From Candidatus Methanomethylophilaceae archaeon (GTDB lineage: Archaea > Thermoplasmatota > Thermoplasmata > Methanomassiliicoccales > Methanomethylophilaceae), in NCBI GenBank assembly GCA_050950505.1, contig JBMNHS010000002.1, forward strand, positions 1 through 64,000: 64,000 nt of DNA. The letters are read 5' to 3'. Positions 62,762 through 64,000 of this stretch are shown here, piece after piece. The notes beneath the pieces are model-generated. The model worked only from the letters and a program-made list of their open reading frames with translations. It was not told where the DNA came from and made no database searches. Both the position numbers and the translations under genes were made by a program. Position 1 is the first letter of the stretch, and each line of letters opens with the position of its first letter.

Positions 62762-63781
62762 ATGTCCGACAGAGAAGACGCAATGGACACGGAACTTTTC
62801 AAACAGACCGTGGGATTTCCCGAGCAGATTGAGTCCGCTCTGGAAATCGAGCTTCCCGAGATACCCCCGGCGGCAAAAATATGCATCTGCGGAATGGGTA
62901 CATCGGCTCTGGCGGGCGAGATTTTGGCCGATTTCACCAACAACAGGTCAAAAACCCAACTGCATGTGGTGAGACGGACGGATTTTCCTAAATGGGTGGA
63001 CGAAGAAACCTGCGTCATCCTCATAAGTTACTCCGGGAACACCAGGGAGACTTTGCTGGCTTACGACGAAGCCGTGCGCAGAAAAAGCAAAATCGTCTGC
63101 ATGACATCCGGCGGGGAACTGCAGACGAAATGCATCGGACGGAAAGATACTCTGGTTCTGTTGCCCGGAGGAATGCAATCCCGGGTCGCGTTGGGCCTCA
63201 TGCTCGGTGCCTTGGCTTCGGTGTTGGAGCGGATGGGCATAAGCGAAACCCAGATTGAACTCGAAAGAATCGTTCCGATTCTTAAGAACGAACGGGATGC
63301 AATGCTTGAAAATCAGTGTTTGATTGCCAGACTGATTGCGGTCAAACTTGTAGACAAGATTCCGGTCATTTACGGTCTGGCAAATATGAAATCCTCCGCA
63401 CTCAGGTGGAAGAATCAGATCAACGAAAATTCAAAAAACATATCTTTCAGCGGTTCGATTCCGGAATTCAATCACAACGAAATCGTGGGATGGACCGACG
63501 ACAGCACCAACAACAAAAATTTCATTCCCGTCATTCTGTACGACGATAACGCTTCCAAAATGGTGAGGAGCATGACCGATACGTCGATAGGCATACTCTC
63601 CGACAAAAAACTGAGTATAATCACCAATCACGTGGAAGGCTCCTCGAACCTCGAGAAGAATCTCAAGTGCATAATACTCGGAGACGTCGTGTCCATATTC
63701 CTTGCGGATCTGAGCGGTACCGACCCGGTCACGGATCAGCCTCTGAGAGAGGTCCGCGACCGTGCGGACCTGTCCGTCTGA
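62762..63781 (+). CDS. Bifunctional phosphoglucose/phosphomannose isomerase family (SIS)
   Basis: GMGTS, SYSGNTRET, TSGG, RWKNQINENSK, PEFNHNE. Confidence 0.88.
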   Translation: MSDREDAMDTELFKQTVGFPEQIESALEIELPEIPPAAKICICGMGTSALAGEILADFTNNRSKTQLHVVRRTDFPKWVDEETCVILISYSGNTRETLLAYDEAVRRKSKIVCMTSGGELQTKCIGRKDTLVLLPGGMQSRVALGLMLGALASVLERMGISETQIELERIVPILKNERDAMLENQCLIARLIAVKLVDKIPVIYGLANMKSSALRWKNQINENSKNISFSGSIPEFNHNEIVGWTDDSTNNKNFIPVILYDDNASKMVRSMTDTSIGILSDKKLSIITNHVEGSSNLEKNLKCIILGDVVSIFLADLSGTDPVTDQPLREVRDRADLSV

Positions 63782-63824
63782 CCATATCCTTTTTACGGCG
63801 TACGTATTAACGACGTATGATAAC

Positions 63825-64000
63825 ATGACCTTGGATGATGCAAAATACATCAGAGAGCAGGTGATGAACCACAACAAATGGTTCGAAGAATCCATTCCCA
63901 TGATAGCTTCCGAAAATCTTATGAGCCCTTTGGCCAAAGAAGTGATGATTTCGGATTTCGCCGACAGATACGCCGAAGGACTTCCCGGCAAGAGATACTA
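63825..64000 (+). CDS. glyA: Serine hydroxymethyltransferase (runs off the right edge; absent from ORF track)
   Basis: MTLDDAK...IPMIASENLMSP...RYAEGLPGKRY. Confidence 0.9.
   Translation, partial: MTLDDAKYIREQVMNHNKWFEESIPMIASENLMSPLAKEVMISDFADRYAEGLPGKRY

Overview
Archaeal chromosomal DNA from a methanogen, most consistent with a host-associated Methanomassiliicoccales member. The evidence is a complete coenzyme F430 cfb operon, archaeal RFC, Cdc6, RibC and RibL, formate-THF ligase, three Sel1-repeat genes, and no TAG stop codons in native genes. The core is a ~22 kb tetrapyrrole supercluster (sirC-hemABLC-cobA-hemD, divergent cbi operons, cfbCAEDB). It is flanked by transport, metal-efflux, replication, tRNA/sulfur and riboflavin genes and a small decayed AT-rich restriction-modification islet. 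The main observations beyond gene calls are: (1) a shared palindromic operator, TTGGA-N7-YCCA, upstream of the hem, cbi and cfb operons; (2) near-identical TRP-box-like arrays linking an aryl-CoA ligase to an MFS-aminotransferase operon; (3) several apparent pseudo-enzymes (a Pycsar-like cyclase, a HAD, and the CbiA glutaminase domain); (4) a SipW-type peptidase coupled to a candidate substrate at the left edge. All calls come from motif recognition by eye; no database searches were run.
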